Source: Eledone cirrhosa (Eukaryota). From it: a DNA stretch of 64,000 nucleotides. Shown here piece by piece: positions 48,363 to 63,580 of this stretch (the stretch's first letter is position 1; every line of letters starts with the position of its first letter). Below the pieces are notes generated by a model, which saw only the letters and a program-made list of their open reading frames with translations, ran no database searches and was not told the origin of the DNA. The translations under genes were made by a program, and so were the position numbers. The stretch is from contig OZ024740.1 of NCBI GenBank assembly GCA_964016885.1, forward strand, positions 326,678,001 through 326,742,000, given 5' to 3'.

Positions 48363-48992
48363 ACTAATTTATCCTGGTTGAGACAGAACCGTCCGGGAAA
48401 TTTTCGGCTTTTAGTGAAAAGGCATAAACTGAAAGAAGGAAAACAAGAAAATGTTAAAATCTATATAGAATCCTGATAAAAATGATAATATAGACAAAAT
48501 ATAATTTTTTATGAATTTATTTTGTCTGCATCAAAACTCTGACGCACAAATGTGATGTAATTTTAAATATCTTCATGAGCAATTAAATTCCCTTGAATTT
48601 TATTGCTATTTAAATGTTTTAAACAAAATATTAAAAAAAAACAATTTTTACTTAATGTTTTATTTTACATATGCTTTAAAAATGATTTATAATAATTAAT
48701 TAGATTTGTTTATTTGAAGGCAGATCATAAAATGTTTAGAGTATTTAAATTATCATAGTAGTTAAATCGAGATTTTTTCGTATGTTATACAAACCTTAGT
48801 GCTGTTGAGCATTTAAAGCCATCAAATGAATTCATCAGATTTCGGTTGAATGATGGTAAATATCTGCGTATGATATCAAATATAGATATCCTATTTAGTT
48901 TGATATTGTAAATATTTTTTACATTTTCGTTTAAAATTTTCGTATTATCCATTATTTGTTTTTTTTATTATACTATATAATATATTACATTA

Positions 48993-49282
48993 TCTATATA
49001 TCTAAAACCGAGAATGTCTGTTTGTCTGTCTGTCTGTCAGCTCACTAAAACTCGAGAACCACCCAACCGATTGTTTTCAAACTTTACGCATGTAATACTT
49101 ATGGTCCTGTGAGTGTTTTGAGAAAAGAAAATTTCATATTTTCAATGCCCTAGGGACCGCATTAGGCGATTTAGCGATCTCTCTCTTTAATTTTTAGTCT
49201 TTCTTTTTAGATAGATACATAAATATAACGTTGCGCCCTTATAATATCTGTCTGTATGTCTGGTTGTCTGCATTACGACATT
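48993..49282 (+). mobile_element. Helitron 5' fragment related to 47136
   Basis: A|TCTATATATCTAAAACCGAG..., aligns with 47136-47425. Confidence 0.7.
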
Positions 49283-49290
49283 ATGACGCG

Positions 49291-50289
<999 letters not shown>

Positions 50290-50608
50290 TGTAACGTTTT
50301 TCGAAATATTTACTTTTGCGTTCACAGATTGATTTTTTTAGTTTCAGAAGATCCCGTCAAGGGTGAAAGCAGTGATATTTTGCTTAAACTTTAATCTGTT
50401 ATTTTAATATATATATAATTATATATTCGTGTACAGATATTTCTGCATACACAATAACAAAATATAAACAAAAGTACTTATTTCGCGATAAAGTATTGAT
50501 TTTCTTCGCACGGAAAAAAACCCTGGCAATCTATGACGAATTTCTTTTTATAAGCACAAAATATAGACACCATCCCGAGGCCGAGGTATTCCGTACTTCT
50601 CTGTACTG

Positions 50609-50689
<81 letters not shown>

Positions 50690-51504
50690 TAGATAAATAT
50701 ACACGGGTGTGTATGATTGTGTATAGAAGATTATATTAATAAAAGGAATTCCAACTTTGTCTGATTTACTCGTTTTATTTACAATCCTTTAAAATTTATA
50801 ATGGTATTAGAATGAAATAGTATGGTAGAATATTAAATGTTAAGTGTTAATTGAACAAGTACTTTCATGCTTTCGCAATCTTCAGGTTCATATTGTGTGG
50901 TGACAGTCAAGTTTGCAATTTTCAACTGTAATGAGATGGGTAAATTTTGTGCCTTATATACAGTGAAAAGTGGCTCCAGAATGCTAAATCTTGCAAACTC
51001 TATTTCGACCAATCAGTGTGTAGTTTCACTGGATTACTAAAGTTGATTGGTTTAGGCGTCACGGTTGGTTGAGCATGTCTAACGACTACTAATTAACCCT
51101 ATCCAAATCATCAATTGTTTTGCTATTTTTAGAAATGATGAAAATAGCATTTTCTACTAATCATCACCATCAACATCACTTTTATTATTATTATTGTTGT
51201 TATTGATGTTAGTGGTCGTAGTCATAGTCATAGTAGGATTAATACCCCATTATTATTGTTCATTTAGCTTGGGTTTGAATTTATCAATAAAATTCTTTTC
51301 TTTGATTTTTCTCTTGATTTTACCTGGGCTGTGTAATTTGTAGAATGGGAATATTATAAACATTCCCTGACAACATGTTGCTAGCTGGTTACTTAGGGGT
51401 ATCTGACGGGCATTTGGGTCTCTGATTTGCTGTCGGTGTACCCGTACACGTTCAGATAGTGCATCTCCAGTTTGACCGACATATAGTTCTTCACAATTCG
51501 GGCA

Positions 51505-53564
51505 TTACGCTGATAAAAGTAATGAGAGTGATGAATCACTAGTAAAGAATAAATCAAATTTTATTCCGCCAAACGGAAGAAATATCTATCTCGACCAATA
51601 CATTGACATCCTGTCTAAATTTCCTCTTAGACGTAATACTAATGTTAGGCCAAACATTAACAAATCAGAAATGTCTACACTTAAACGTATACAAAATGAT
51701 AAAACAATAATAATTAAACAAGCAGATAAAGGGGGTGCAGTTGTTATAATGGATGCTGAATACCACAAAGATTTGGTTGAGGAACAACTGAAAGACACAA
51801 CATTCTATCATGAAATACCGTCAAATATAGACCACAACATCATGAAGAAGATCAACAACCTGGCTTCAAAATACCACAATTCACTTACTGTTAAGGAAAG
51901 AGAATACATCACCAATTTTGAGCCAAAACCCAGCAACCTGTATGGCCTACCGAAAGTTCATAAGTCAAAAGAAATTCAACTGGCAGTAACAAAGTGAGTA
52001 CATTAAATTACTACACCCAAAAGACTTAAAACTTAGACCTATTATAGCTGGTCCAACATGCCCCACCCACCGTCTAAGCATATTTTGTTGACATTATTTT
52101 GAAACCACTATGTATTCACATACCCAGTTTCATCCGGGATGATATCGACTTCCTGTCCCATCTTCCCAAAATCACGGAAACGAATTCACTTCTACTTACT
52201 TTTGAGGTGGTAAGCCTTTACACCAACATTACACATGATTTAGGAATAAAGGCGGTTAAATACTGGGTGGAAAAACATAGAGAAGTGATTCCCATCAGAT
52301 TCACAGAGCCATTTATATTAGACGCAGTTAAACTTATTCTGGAAAACAACACTTTCTTCTTCAATGGAAAGAATTACATCCAAATTAGAGGCACAGCGAT
52401 GGGAACGAAGTTTGCTCCCGTTTACGAGAAGTCTGTAATGGGATACTTAGAACAACAACTCTACCAAGAAATAGAGGAAAAATATAGCACTGACTTTAGA
52501 AAGTACATTGAAAAATCTTGGAAGAGATACCTTGACGACTGTTTCATCATCTGGACAGAATCTCTAGATACTCTGGATGAGTTCAATATCCTCCTGAATA
52601 ACCTACACCCATCTCTCCAATTCACAAAAGAGATGAGTAGTACCAAATTACCATTCCTAGATATAATGATAATCAAAAACGACACCACCATTACCACGGA
52701 TATATATTATAAACACACAGACACCCATCAATATCTGAATTTTAAGTCGTGCCATCCACCTCATACAAAACCCAACATCCCATACTGCCTAGCCAGAAGA
52801 ATTTGTACCATTGTAGAAGATACGAATACCAGGTACAAACGCCTAACAGAACTAAGAGAATTTTTGCTCAAACAAAAATACCCATCTCTACTTATAGAAA
52901 ATGGCATACAGCGGACTATAAAAATACCTATACAACAACCCAAGGAAGAAGAAACCAAGAACTGGTCATACCATTTATAATGACACACAACCCATGTCAC
53001 CAGAATATCTTCAACACTGCCAAAGCAAACCTACCGATCATTGATCAAAGTAATGAATTAAAAGGCTTAATCACAGATTGATCTTTAACTCTTAGTAAAA
53101 GACAGCCGAAAAATTTGAAGCAATTACTAACAAAAGCAAAGTTTGACCTTAACAACAAAGACCAATCATTCACTGTATCTAAATGCAATGATAGCCAATG
53201 TGGCACATGTCAATCCATACACACCGGTCAATATATGAAAACAAAAACTGGAAAAATATCCCCAAATGCAAATATGAACTGCAAAAGCAGAAATCTAATT
53301 TACTGCATTAAATGCCCGAATTGTGAAGAACTATATGTCGGTCAAACTGGAAATGCACTATCGGAACGTGCACGGGTACACCGACAGCAAATCAGGGACC
53401 CAAATGTCCGTCAGATACCTCTAAGTAACCATCTAGCAACATGTGGTCAGGGAATATTTATAATATTTCCATTCTACAAATTACACAGCCCAAATGAAAT
53501 CAAGAGAAAAATCAAAGAAAAGAATTTTATTGATAAATTCAAACCCAAGCTAAATGAACAATAA
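51505..53564 (+). pseudogene. Penelope-type RT + GIY-YIG (frameshifted)
   Basis: KQADKGGAVVIM, YGLPKVHK, VVSLYTNI, GTAMGTKFAP, RYLDDCF, PFLD, SCHP; then CNDSQCGTC, NLIYCIKCPNC..YVGQT. Confidence 0.94.
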
Positions 53565-53764
53565 TAATGGGGTATTAATCCTGCTATGACTATGACTACG
53601 ACCACTAACAACAACAACAACAATAATAATAATAAAAGTGATGTTGATGGTGATGATTAGTAGAAAATGCTATTTTCATCATTTCTAAAAATAGCAAAAC
53701 AATTGATGCTTTGGATAGGGTCAATTAGTAGTCGTTAGACATGCTCAACCAACCGTGACGCCTA

Positions 53765-53868
53765 AACCAATCAACTTTAGTAATCCAGTGAAACTACACA
53801 CCGATTGGTCGAAATAGAGTTTGCAAGATTTAGCATTCTGGAGCCACTTTTCACTGTATATAAGGCAC
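53765..53868 (+). promoter_or_regulatory. Putative pLTR Pol II promoter (CCAAT boxes + TATA)
   Basis: CCAATCA, ATTGG, then GAGCCACTTTT...TATATAAG about 65 nt upstream of the HHR. The GAGCCACTTTT motif recurs at ~6254 in the other Neptune-like element. Confidence 0.4.
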
Positions 53869-53926
53869 AAAATTTACCCATCTCATTACAGTTGAAAATT
53901 GCAAACTTGACTGTCACCACACAATG

Positions 53927-53965
53927 TGAACCTGAAGATTGCGAAAGCATGAAAGTACTTGTTCA
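53927..53965 (+). ncRNA. Minimal hammerhead ribozyme of element C (minus-strand copy at 50852-50890)
   Basis: tgaac-CTGAAGA-ttgc gaaa gcat-GAAA-gtac-TT-gttca. Confidence 0.87.
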
Positions 53966-54085
53966 ATTAACACTTAACATTTAATATTCTACCATACTAT
54001 TTCATTCTAATACCATTATAAATTTTAAAGGATTGTAAATAAAACGAGTAAATCAGACAAAGTTGGAATTCCTTTTATTAATATA

Positions 54086-54624
54086 CTAGCAAATGACCCC
54101 CGTCCATTGGACGGTGTCAGTTCTTGGTAGGGCTGCAATGTTAATGGTCAATTTCCGTGTTGTATGTAACTTGGAGGATAATTTTACCTGATCAACTCTT
54201 TCAATAAAAAAAAATGAGACGGTATTCAAAAAGATCAAGTTTTATTTACAGATATGTGTCATTAAAACCGACACGGCTAACGATACATAGAGAAATGTAT
54301 CGTTAGCCGTGTCGGTTGAACAATGTGTATTTTAAAACATTCATCATGTACACACACACACAAACACATACACACACAAACATACACACACATACACACA
54401 AACACACACACATACACACACACACATACGCACACAATCCCAAGACGTGACGTTGTGGAAGGGGGAGAGTTAAGAAGTGTAATAAATAAGTTAAAATTAT
54501 AAACGCTGTATTTATCATATTCGCGTCACACACACTTCTCTCTTTCTTTATTTTACTGTCTCTCTCTCACTCCTCTCTTTCTATCTCCCTCTCACACATC
54601 CTTCTCTCTCTGGCCGTTATGGAA

Positions 54625-54660
<36 letters not shown>

Positions 54661-55003
54661 CACGCACACATACACACACAAACACATACACACACATATA
54701 CACACGCACATACACATACAATCCCATAACGTCGTGTTGTGGAAGGGGGAGTTAAGAAGTGTGTAAAAGGAACGCTCTCTCTCTCTTTATGGCCGTCATG
54801 GAATTTGTTAGTGCAAAAGTCTATAAGATTATAAAATCGAAGTTTGTGACTTCGAAATTAATCATTATGAAATAATTTTTTCTTGATGTTACAAACCGTA
54901 GCCTATTTTGGCTATGTGTTTAATTTGACAGAGATCGATGGAATATTTTCCAAGTGAAACTCTTTTACACACACACACAGAACGGGAATTATATATAAGA
55001 AGA
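54086..55003 (-). mobile_element. Non-autonomous Helitron
   Basis: Minus strand A|TCTTCTTATATATAA ... CCGTCCAATGGACGG hairpin ... TTGCTAG|T. Confidence 0.72.
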
Positions 55004-55473
55004 TATATATACATATGCTATTGTTCTCCACGCTCCACATACGACCTATTATCTTCGTTTTTTCTGTTCATTGCCAGAGAACGTCTCTATGCACCACCTA
55101 AGAGAACATTAGTCTATGACCTCTTTTATACCATAAACGTGGTTCTGTCTTTGCGCGTAATTGTTTTTCACTGCTCCTATTAATGACGTATTATTCGTTC
55201 TTTCCCGTTCTTTGCCAGCGAACGTTTCCACGAACCAAAGTATCGTCTTCCTGTCTTCTTCCGGTTGCAACGTTTTTTGAAATATCCAGTTCTGCGTTTA
55301 CAGATTGACTTTGTTAGTTTCAGAAGAACCCGTTAAGGGTGAAAGCAGCGATTCTTTGCTTAAACTTTAATCTGTTATTTTAATAAATATTTGCTCTACG
55401 GTTCTTATATATTTGATATATATTTATCCTTATCGAGCCCTCTTTGGATTTTAGTCTTCTAATTTATTATTAT

Positions 55474-55511
<38 letters not shown>

Positions 55512-55513
<2 letters not shown>

Positions 55514-55908
55514 AAGGCGGGTAAAATTCCCGAGATCCATGGACGAGTTCTCTCCAGCGGTCTCTGTCCCTCATTATCGCTGCCATGTCCTGCGTCTCCA
55601 ACAGACCAGTATCTGTCCTTAGGGCATCAACATACGCTAACCTTGGTCTTCCTCTTCTAGTGTGTCCATGTAGGGGCTCCCAAAGGAGCACTGAGTGCAA
55701 TGTCAACTCTGGATGTCGGTGAGCATGTCCAGCTAACCTCATAGTTTTGGTGACAAATACAGTGAAGGAGGCAGAGGATTTGTTGCGGGAGGTTGAGACT
55801 GTGTCGATGAGTGTGGGGCTGAGAATGAATGAGACTAAAACAAAATATCTAGTAGAGAATGTTGAGAAGCCAGAGGGGATCACTAATGTAGGCGGGAAGC
55901 CGCTAGAA
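55512..55908. mobile_element. RTE-clade LINE fragment with 5' inversion
   Basis: Minus 55512-55742 encodes RLAGH..R...LLWEP.HG..RRGRPR..YVD...DRDRWR. Plus 55747-55908 encodes the RT segment VSMSVGLRMNETKTKYL. Between (TA)n tracts. Confidence 0.8.
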
Positions 55909-56257
55909 TATATATATATATATATATATATAGTCGCAGAAACCAATACTGGATTTTACCATCAGTCCAGGGTCCGGGAAAGTATCAACACATATATTTT
56001 TATTGTTTGACCCGAATTACTTGGTCGTTTGTTTTGGCTGTGCGGATGATATGTTTAACCATCATCTCAGTGTGTTTGGCCCTTAACGTATGTTGTAGCT
56101 CTGATTCACATGAATCATCGAGCGTCGCCACACATATCGGACGTTGATTTTCGTTAATTCCTGAGCTGAAAACGATTCTCGCTAATTTATATTTATATAT
56201 ATATATATATATATTAATAAAAGGAATTCCAACTTTGTCTGATTTACTCGTTTTATT

Positions 56258-56331
<74 letters not shown>

Positions 56332-56984
56332 TATATTCGTGTACAGATATTTTTGCATACACAATAACAAAATATAAACTAACGTATTTATTTCACGAGG
56401 CTTGATAAGGATAAATATATATCAAATATATAAGAACCCTAGAGCAAATCCCGAACAACGTCGGGCCATTCTGCTAGTAATTAATAAAACTTGATGTTCA
56501 TAATTTTGATGAAATATTTTTCATGTTTCATTATATATATTTTTACAAATTATTCTAATCATTAAATATCTATATGCGTTTCTGAACCTAATCTCAGGCA
56601 GATTACGAGATACATGTTTTATTTACCAGGCACGCCAGCCTCCCCCCTCCCCGCCTAAAAAGTATTTTTAATGAATAGCAGATCTAATAAATGAACCAAC
56701 ATTGACTTGATTTGCAGTGAGTTCTTCGAAGAAATAAAATCTAATTAAAATCTAATAATTTTTTTTCAAGAAAATTCATTCAAGTTTAAAATATGAGTAG
56801 TAAAAAAAAAAAAAAATTCAGCGAAAAGTTAATGAAATTTTGATTGCCTTGCTGAATTTAAATATATATTTGATACATAGATATGAACTAACAGTATTAT
56901 TTTTAGTTTGTTTCGGCATTAAAGCTTACAGGGTGTTAGATTATGGTCGTAGTAGATATAATGATTTATAGTCCCAGTAGGTAT

Positions 56985-57404
56985 AATGGTTTCTAATTCA
57001 GACATAAAGCTAGCAATTTGTGGGATTAGACATTCGATTACATCGACCCTGTACTATACTGGTACTTTATTTTATAGATCTCAAAAGAATGAAATGCAAA
57101 GTTAACCTCAGCGGGATCTGAACTCAGAATGCAAAGGGCCGTAACAAATACCAGAAAGTCAATACACCACCTGAGTACCAGTAGATATACTGCGTTCTAG
57201 GTTAGGTACAAATCCAGTAATTTGGGGGCGAGTGGAAAGCTGATTTTATCGACCAAAGTTCTTTAATCGTACTTTATTTCATAGACCCAGGAACGGTGAA
57301 AGGCAAATTTGACCTCGGTGGGATTTAAACCCAGAACGTAAAGGACCATAACTATATGCCGTAAAGCATGTTCGAAGCTCTATCGATAATGCCACTCCAC
57401 CGCC
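56985..57404 (-). mobile_element. Two degenerate tandem copies of the tRNA-derived SINE
   Basis: Reverse complements of the SINE head, B-box and core (ctggtactttattttat...gaactcagaa; ...ccaccgcc). Confidence 0.65.
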
Positions 57405-58304
57405 CTACCGGTAGATATAATAAAAATTGAAAGCGTTCTTTGTTTGTGACTTGGTAAGCGTAATCATGGTAAGCTTAACCATACCTTATAAAAAGACGGT
57501 ATTAGACCTGCCAACCTCTAAAAACCCAAACGGAGTGTACCATAAAAGAAAGGCCCCTAAAGGCAAAATGGTGAAAATTTACATAATAAAAGCTATACAA
57601 AGTGGGTGGGAGATCTCCCTGTCGGACGGGGTGAGCTGACATGTCTGTGGTATGATCAAAGTTCGAATGATTTTGGTTTAAATCTCACCGCATTCACATA
57701 ATAGTGTTATCGATTTGTTACAATTTCATATGAAAGTCGCACATTTTTCTAGGAGTGAGGGTAGGGGAGGCAATTTACTTAACTCCTCCTCAACTTTTAA
57801 AGGGTATAACACGCACACATATTTCATTTCGACTGTGTTTCGTCTGTGTATACAAAGTTTCATCAGACAAGACTAGTTTTCAGAGAATGAAGATACGGTA
57901 TATATATATATATAGAGAGAGAATTCCACAGGGAAAACAGTAGATTGAGGTAGAGAAATGGAGAAATAAGCAGTGGAAAAAGAAAAGAAAGAACGTGAAA
58001 AAGAACAGAAAGAAATAAAGAGTGGGGAAATACTGTCTCTGCATTCCCTGAAAACTAGCCTCGTCAGATGATCCTGTGAATATATAGGCGAAACTCAAGA
58101 GTAACAGCACCCAGTGGCCTTAATAAGAAAATATTAATTTTTACTATAATATTGAGTACTCATTTCCGTGAGCGTCAATACTTAGCGTAATGAATTCCCT
58201 AGAGCTAAACGCTTGCCTGAACTGGTTTTATCCTGATGTATGTATGTATGTATGTATGTATGTATGTATGTATGTATGTATGTATGTATGTATGTATGTA
58301 TGTA

Positions 58305-58752
58305 TGGAGAAAGACTGTATATGAGGGAAAAGTTGCCTTTGCGGCATCTCGAATCGCATACGAGAAAGTAAAGCGGGATGTGAGGAAGGGCATTGCTGTT
58401 GCACTTCCAGACGGCGAGGGTCCTCCTATGGTGCTGACATGCAGCGTATGTGCGAGACTCTGCCTAAGCAAAGCTGGACTCGAAAGTCATCTTCGCAGTC
58501 ATAATGTAAGACCAGTGGTTGACTACCAGGCTGCTGTTGGAGATGCTACTCATCATGCTTTCCAAACATGTGGTAGAGAATGTAAATCAGCAGGAGGGCT
58601 CAAGCGACATGCAAAAGTACACGAACTCCAACCACAGCCGACTATTCCCAGTGAATGTTTTTTTTTTTTTTTTTTTTTTCTGCCGTCTCTGTGCAAGATA
58701 TTTTAGATCATTGGCTGGGCTAACAAGCCGCATTCGATCGCAGCGCTGTTAG
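58305..58752 (+). mobile_element. LINE (RTE-like) 3' end with C2H2 zinc fingers
   Basis: WRKTVYEG...CSVCARLCLSKAGLESHLRSH...TCGRECKSAGGLKRHAKVH, plus a third degenerate finger. Confidence 0.65.
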
Positions 58753-58758
58753 TTGCTA

Positions 58759-58810
<52 letters not shown>

Positions 58811-58876
58811 GCTTATGTGTGTGCGTGTGTGTGTATATATATATGTATATGTATATTATTATTGTTGTTGTCGTTA

Positions 58877-60245
58877 AACTGGGACGAGGTGACGAGCAGG
58901 GTGGCTTCTCTCACCCAGAAATGGGCGGAGAGGAAGCTATCCCTGAAAGGTCGAGCGGAGGTGGCGAATGCGTACATCGCGTCCGTCATCTACTACCGCC
59001 TGACCGTCGTACCTTGTCCTAAGCCCCGCCTGACTGCGCTGGAGCGTTTGCTCTTTCGCTTCTTGTGGAAGGGACGTGCTCCGATGGTCAGGCGGTCCAT
59101 CTACTGTCAACACCCGCTACGTGGAGAGCTGGGCATGCCGTGGCTGATGATGCGCAGACACGCGCTCAGGCTACGACATCTCCACCTCTTCCTCGACGGT
59201 GATCAGGTGTGGTCGCCGTTTGCTAGACACGTTTTTCCCCAGCTCGTCTCCTTGACGGAGCTGCAGTCCTGGGTCAAGCGAAGACCGAGAGGGAGCGCTT
59301 GGAGACTGGAATGTCTTCAGGCGCTCACAGCCCTCGACCAATCGGGTAATGTGATCGGTGGAAACTCCACCTTGGCGTTCTATAGGGGATTAGTGGAGGG
59401 GAAGAGCGACGACGTACTTGGAGAAACTCTAGGCGTCGACGAAAATCAACTAGCCAATCTCTTCAGAAGGACTTTCGGGCCGGGGCCTATGGACAACTTC
59501 CAGAAATCCCTGGCCTGGCAGTGCTACCGGGGAGCTTTGCCAGTTCGGGATAAACTCTACAGGCATGGAGGTGCCGTCAGCCGGGCATGTCCGAGATGCG
59601 CGCAGGGCGACGAAACCGTCCTGCACGCACTCGTCCAGTGTCCGAGCATTGCTGACTTGTGGATTTATGTCGAACACCTGCTGTCACGTGTAGGACGGAT
59701 CCAGCTATCAGCTGAGTCCATCGTGAGGATTGCCCCGCCCCCTTCCTTTAGCCGGGAAGGGCAGGCAGTTTTTATCTGTCTGGTGGCCATGGCGAAAGAG
59801 ATAGTATGGTGGACACGTTTGAAAGGGCTGAAGACGAGCACTTACCTCTTCGGTGATGCCCTGATTAACCTTTTCAAATTTCATTTGAAAAGGAAAATCA
59901 GGGTAGAGAGGGAAGTGCTCTCTTCCCAGAATTTTGTTGAAAGATGGGTGAGAGAAGCAAGTATGGCCCGAATGAATGGGCCTTCTCTGAGTATGTGTCT
60001 GTAAATTAAGGGTGGAAAACTGGGAGAGGGCACTTGCCCTGGTGGTCAGGGTCACTGTGGTCTTTTAATGGGCTTTCTCCACAAATGTCCCTCGGAAGTC
60101 TCCCCCCTATTGGGGAATTTTTCTTTGTTATTTTATTTCATCCTCTGTTTTTTACACGCAGAAATGCCCATTTGTACCGTCCTATATTGTCCTGTACTGT
60201 CCTTAATGTCTACTTTATGTAAACCCTTGTGGTTAATAAAGAAAA
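58877..60245 (+). mobile_element. 5'-truncated Tx1/L1-clade non-LTR retrotransposon (ORF2 C-terminus 58877-60004 + 3' UTR)
   Basis: W..RKLSLKGRA, FLWKG, GALPVRDKL, CCHC knuckle CPRCAQGDETVLHALVQC; AATAAA at ~60235. Confidence 0.9.
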
Positions 60246-60312
60246 CATTATTGTTGTTGTCGTTATTATTATTGTTGTTATTATTATTATTATTATTATT
60301 GTTATTAATGTA

Positions 60313-60377
<65 letters not shown>

Positions 60378-60438
60378 ATGTATATGTATATATATATATA
60401 TATATATATTTCTTTTTTTTTTAAATTTTCTTTTTATT

Positions 60439-60537
<99 letters not shown>

Positions 60538-61235
60538 TTTTTTTCTTTCTTCTCGTGCAATGGCCATACTCGATAACGAGGGGGCAGCCATCATGTATGT
60601 ATGTGTGGGTTCTGTGAGATGTTGATTAAATTTAGAGCGTACGTATTTTGATTTTATAACCCACCTACTTAAGCTTATATTGTTCTACTCAAGGAAAATT
60701 AAGTACAAGAACGAATCTTTGATAGTTTCAGATTTCAGGTTAATTCCGTGGTTCTTTGTGCGGCCGATTGTCACACTTGGTGGTGAATGGAGGTCGCTTT
60801 TGTTTTTGTTTCTTTTTTTCTCTCACTTTGATCGTATATTTTAGTGTGTTGTATTTGTGAAGTTCCTAGCAATAGTTAATTGCATTTATTATATGTGTTT
60901 ATATTTGTGTTTATATTTTCATTCTGAAAGAATTGTAAACAATTTATAATGTTATTTATACAACTATGAATACAAATTTAAATATTTTCTTTTAAAACAT
61001 AAAATTATTTCCGTGCATTCAGATATACACAAGCCATTATATAGAGAACTATTTGGTTCTAAAATCAACTTTATTATCTTTGAATTGCGATATCGTCTCC
61101 GCTAAAGCCGTCTGGGATTTTTTAATATTTATTTTTAAATGAACCAACGTGGTTGTAATATCTACTCTTAAAAGGTAATCACTATTATTGGTAGTCATGG
61201 TGCATTTATATATTTTGTTGGTGGGGTTGTTCACG

Positions 61236-61510
61236 GTAAGAAATTGCCAGGAAAGAGTTGCTGGACAGATTTTACGGGCCAAACCAACCGGCAAGAGACC
61301 TTGGCGTAGATCCCGAGCCAAATGGTTGGATAACATCCTTGAGCTTGGCTGGTCACACTTGGGGATCTAGTCGGATCAGTTGGAGACGGTTGCTTCTGAT
61401 AAGATCAGCGGGAAGGCATGTTTGAGGACTCTCCCCCATGACCCTCTCAGGAATAAATGGGCGAAGAAGAAGAAGAAGAAGAAGAAGAAGAAGAAGAAGA
61501 AGAAGAAGAA
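61236..61510 (+). mobile_element. RTE-derived 3' end with (GAA)n tail
   Basis: Homologous to 47986-48362. Confidence 0.72.
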
Positions 61511-61619
61511 GCTGTTCATGTTCATCTTGTGTAGGACTTTTCATATTCACCTTCTGTCTCAGGTCGGGCGTCTCAATGTTTGCGCAACGACTGTACTCCG
61601 ATGTATTATATATGCTCAT

Positions 61620-62710
61620 ATATTCTTTGAGCTCTTTTTATTAGTGATACCTGTTATGTTTTCAGTTAAATTATATATGGTAGAAAATGAGAACCTAACA
61701 GTATGCCTGTTAAATAACTTGTGGTTTATATGGGACAGTGGGAAACATTTGTCTAGAGCAAAGGTTCTCAACGGGGGGCATATGCACTCCCGGGGGGCGT
61801 TTCGGAACTCCAGGGGGGCGTTTGGGAGCAAGGTCGCGTTAGGGGGCGTTTGGAGCTGGGGTTGGGGGGTTTGGGGGGGGGGGGGGGGCTCCGGAAGGCT
61901 GTTTATTTTGGTAAGTTTTATAAGCCATATTTGTATGTCTTTGAGACAGCCAGTGTGAATGTATTTGAATGAGCTTGTAGACAGCATAACTATAGTCTGA
62001 CCGCAGCTGGGAGCAGCTGTGCAGGCATGTCCGGTAATTGAGACGTTAACCGGTAATTGAGATCCTAAAAATGGAAAAACCCACAGTCAACTGGGTCAAA
62101 AACACTTTGAGCGCAGCCAGTTAGAATCTTATCTTTCCTTCACCGATAACAATGTATTTCATGTCTGAAATTATTAACTCAACCGCAACGAGTTAACACT
62201 ATGTAGATCTATTTTATTCTCTATTGTATAAATAATATTACAAATAAAAAAAAGAAAAGAAAAAAACAGAAGCAAGTAGCACAAACATCTAGGACCACAT
62301 ACAACACATAATCAGATAATACACACATCTAGGACCACATACAATACACAAGCAGGTAATACACACATCTAGGACCACATACAACACATACTCAGATAAT
62401 ACACATATCTAGGACCACATACAACACACAAGCAGGTAATACACACATCTTTGGAATATTGTTAATCAATTTTTTAGTAATCTACTGATATAAAAATCAG
62501 TTGTATATTGAAAAATGGAAAACTAGGGTGGCCGGGGGGGGGGGGGGGGGGGGGCGTTTCGTGATTTCGAGGGACAAAAGGGGCGTTTGGCCTAAATGGG
62601 TTGAGAACCCGTGGTCCAGAGCCCTGAGAAAAACATTCCAGTTATGTTTGTCCGGATGTGACTAGATATTACACTTTAAACCAGATTATCGAGGGTTTAC
62701 GCGATATAAC
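61620..62710 (-). pseudogene. Old Penelope linker fragment interrupted by a MITE
   Basis: RKPSIIWF...TNITGMFF | LDKCFP..H.NHKLFNRHTVRFSFST..NL, matching the linker of elements A and B. Confidence 0.7.
61759..62613. mobile_element. hAT-type MITE
   Basis: TIRs CAAAGGTTCTCAAC / GTTGAGAACCCGTG. 8-bp TSD GTCTAGAG / GTCCAGAG. Internal ~40-bp repeat x4 at 62283-62452. Confidence 0.82.
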
Positions 62711-62807
62711 AGATATGTTGAACCGAAATTCTTTCTCTTTCTTAATATAAACAATCTGAACATTACGCCAATAACAAACAGATGTCAGTATTTATCCCAA
62801 CATTACG

Positions 62808-62935
62808 TCCCTTTACGATCTGAGTTCAAATCCCGCCGAGGTTGACTTTGCCTTTCATCCTTACGGGGTCGATAAAATAAAGTACCAGTAATGCACTGGG
62901 TAATTTGCTGGCCTTGTGCCTAAAGTAGAAACAAG
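62808..62935 (+). mobile_element. 5'-truncated tRNA-derived SINE
   Basis: GAGTTCAAATCCCGCC plus core, nearly identical to 44740-44866. Confidence 0.75.
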
Positions 62936-63190
62936 TATTTATCCCAACATTTTAAACGCTAAATATCCAATTCACGTATAAGCATTGCGTACTGAAGCAA
63001 TAGTAATTAATATTATCACCTATAGTAATTAGTATAGCTTACCAACTTGCAGTATGTATATATATACACACACACACACAAATGTACTCACACAGAACGC
63101 ATACGCGCAGTTCTCAACATCACACTCACTCCAATTCTCTTTTTCTCATACACATTCTGCCTCAGTTTTTTTATCCACCTCTCTCTCTGC

Positions 63191-63239
<49 letters not shown>

Positions 63240-63485
63240 TATATAACAGTGATAATCATCGGTGAAAAACAATAAACGTGAATTAAATACGAATGACATT
63301 TCAAGTAATAAAAGGAAACAATCTCTTTAATGTCGCTTTGAAAACTTTCATAAACAATTCTGAAGCTAAATAAATTTTTTCACAGAACCATCTGCAAATC
63401 ATTAAATATATAATATAACAATTTAGACATTTATATTTGAAAGAAAATTTTCTAACATCTTTTGTTACATGTACATACATACATG

Positions 63486-63580
<95 letters not shown>

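Larger units (their letters stand above)
50732..54084 (+). mobile_element. Penelope-like element C (Neptune-like) with inverted 3' arm
   Basis: 50732-51504 is the reverse complement of ~53312-54084. RT + GIY-YIG body. HHR in both arms. Confidence 0.92.

Noticed and set aside
57815-58072. CTGATGA and CTGACGA motifs on the minus strand within a short inverted repeat
   Set aside because: I could not assemble convincing stems; at most a decayed relic.
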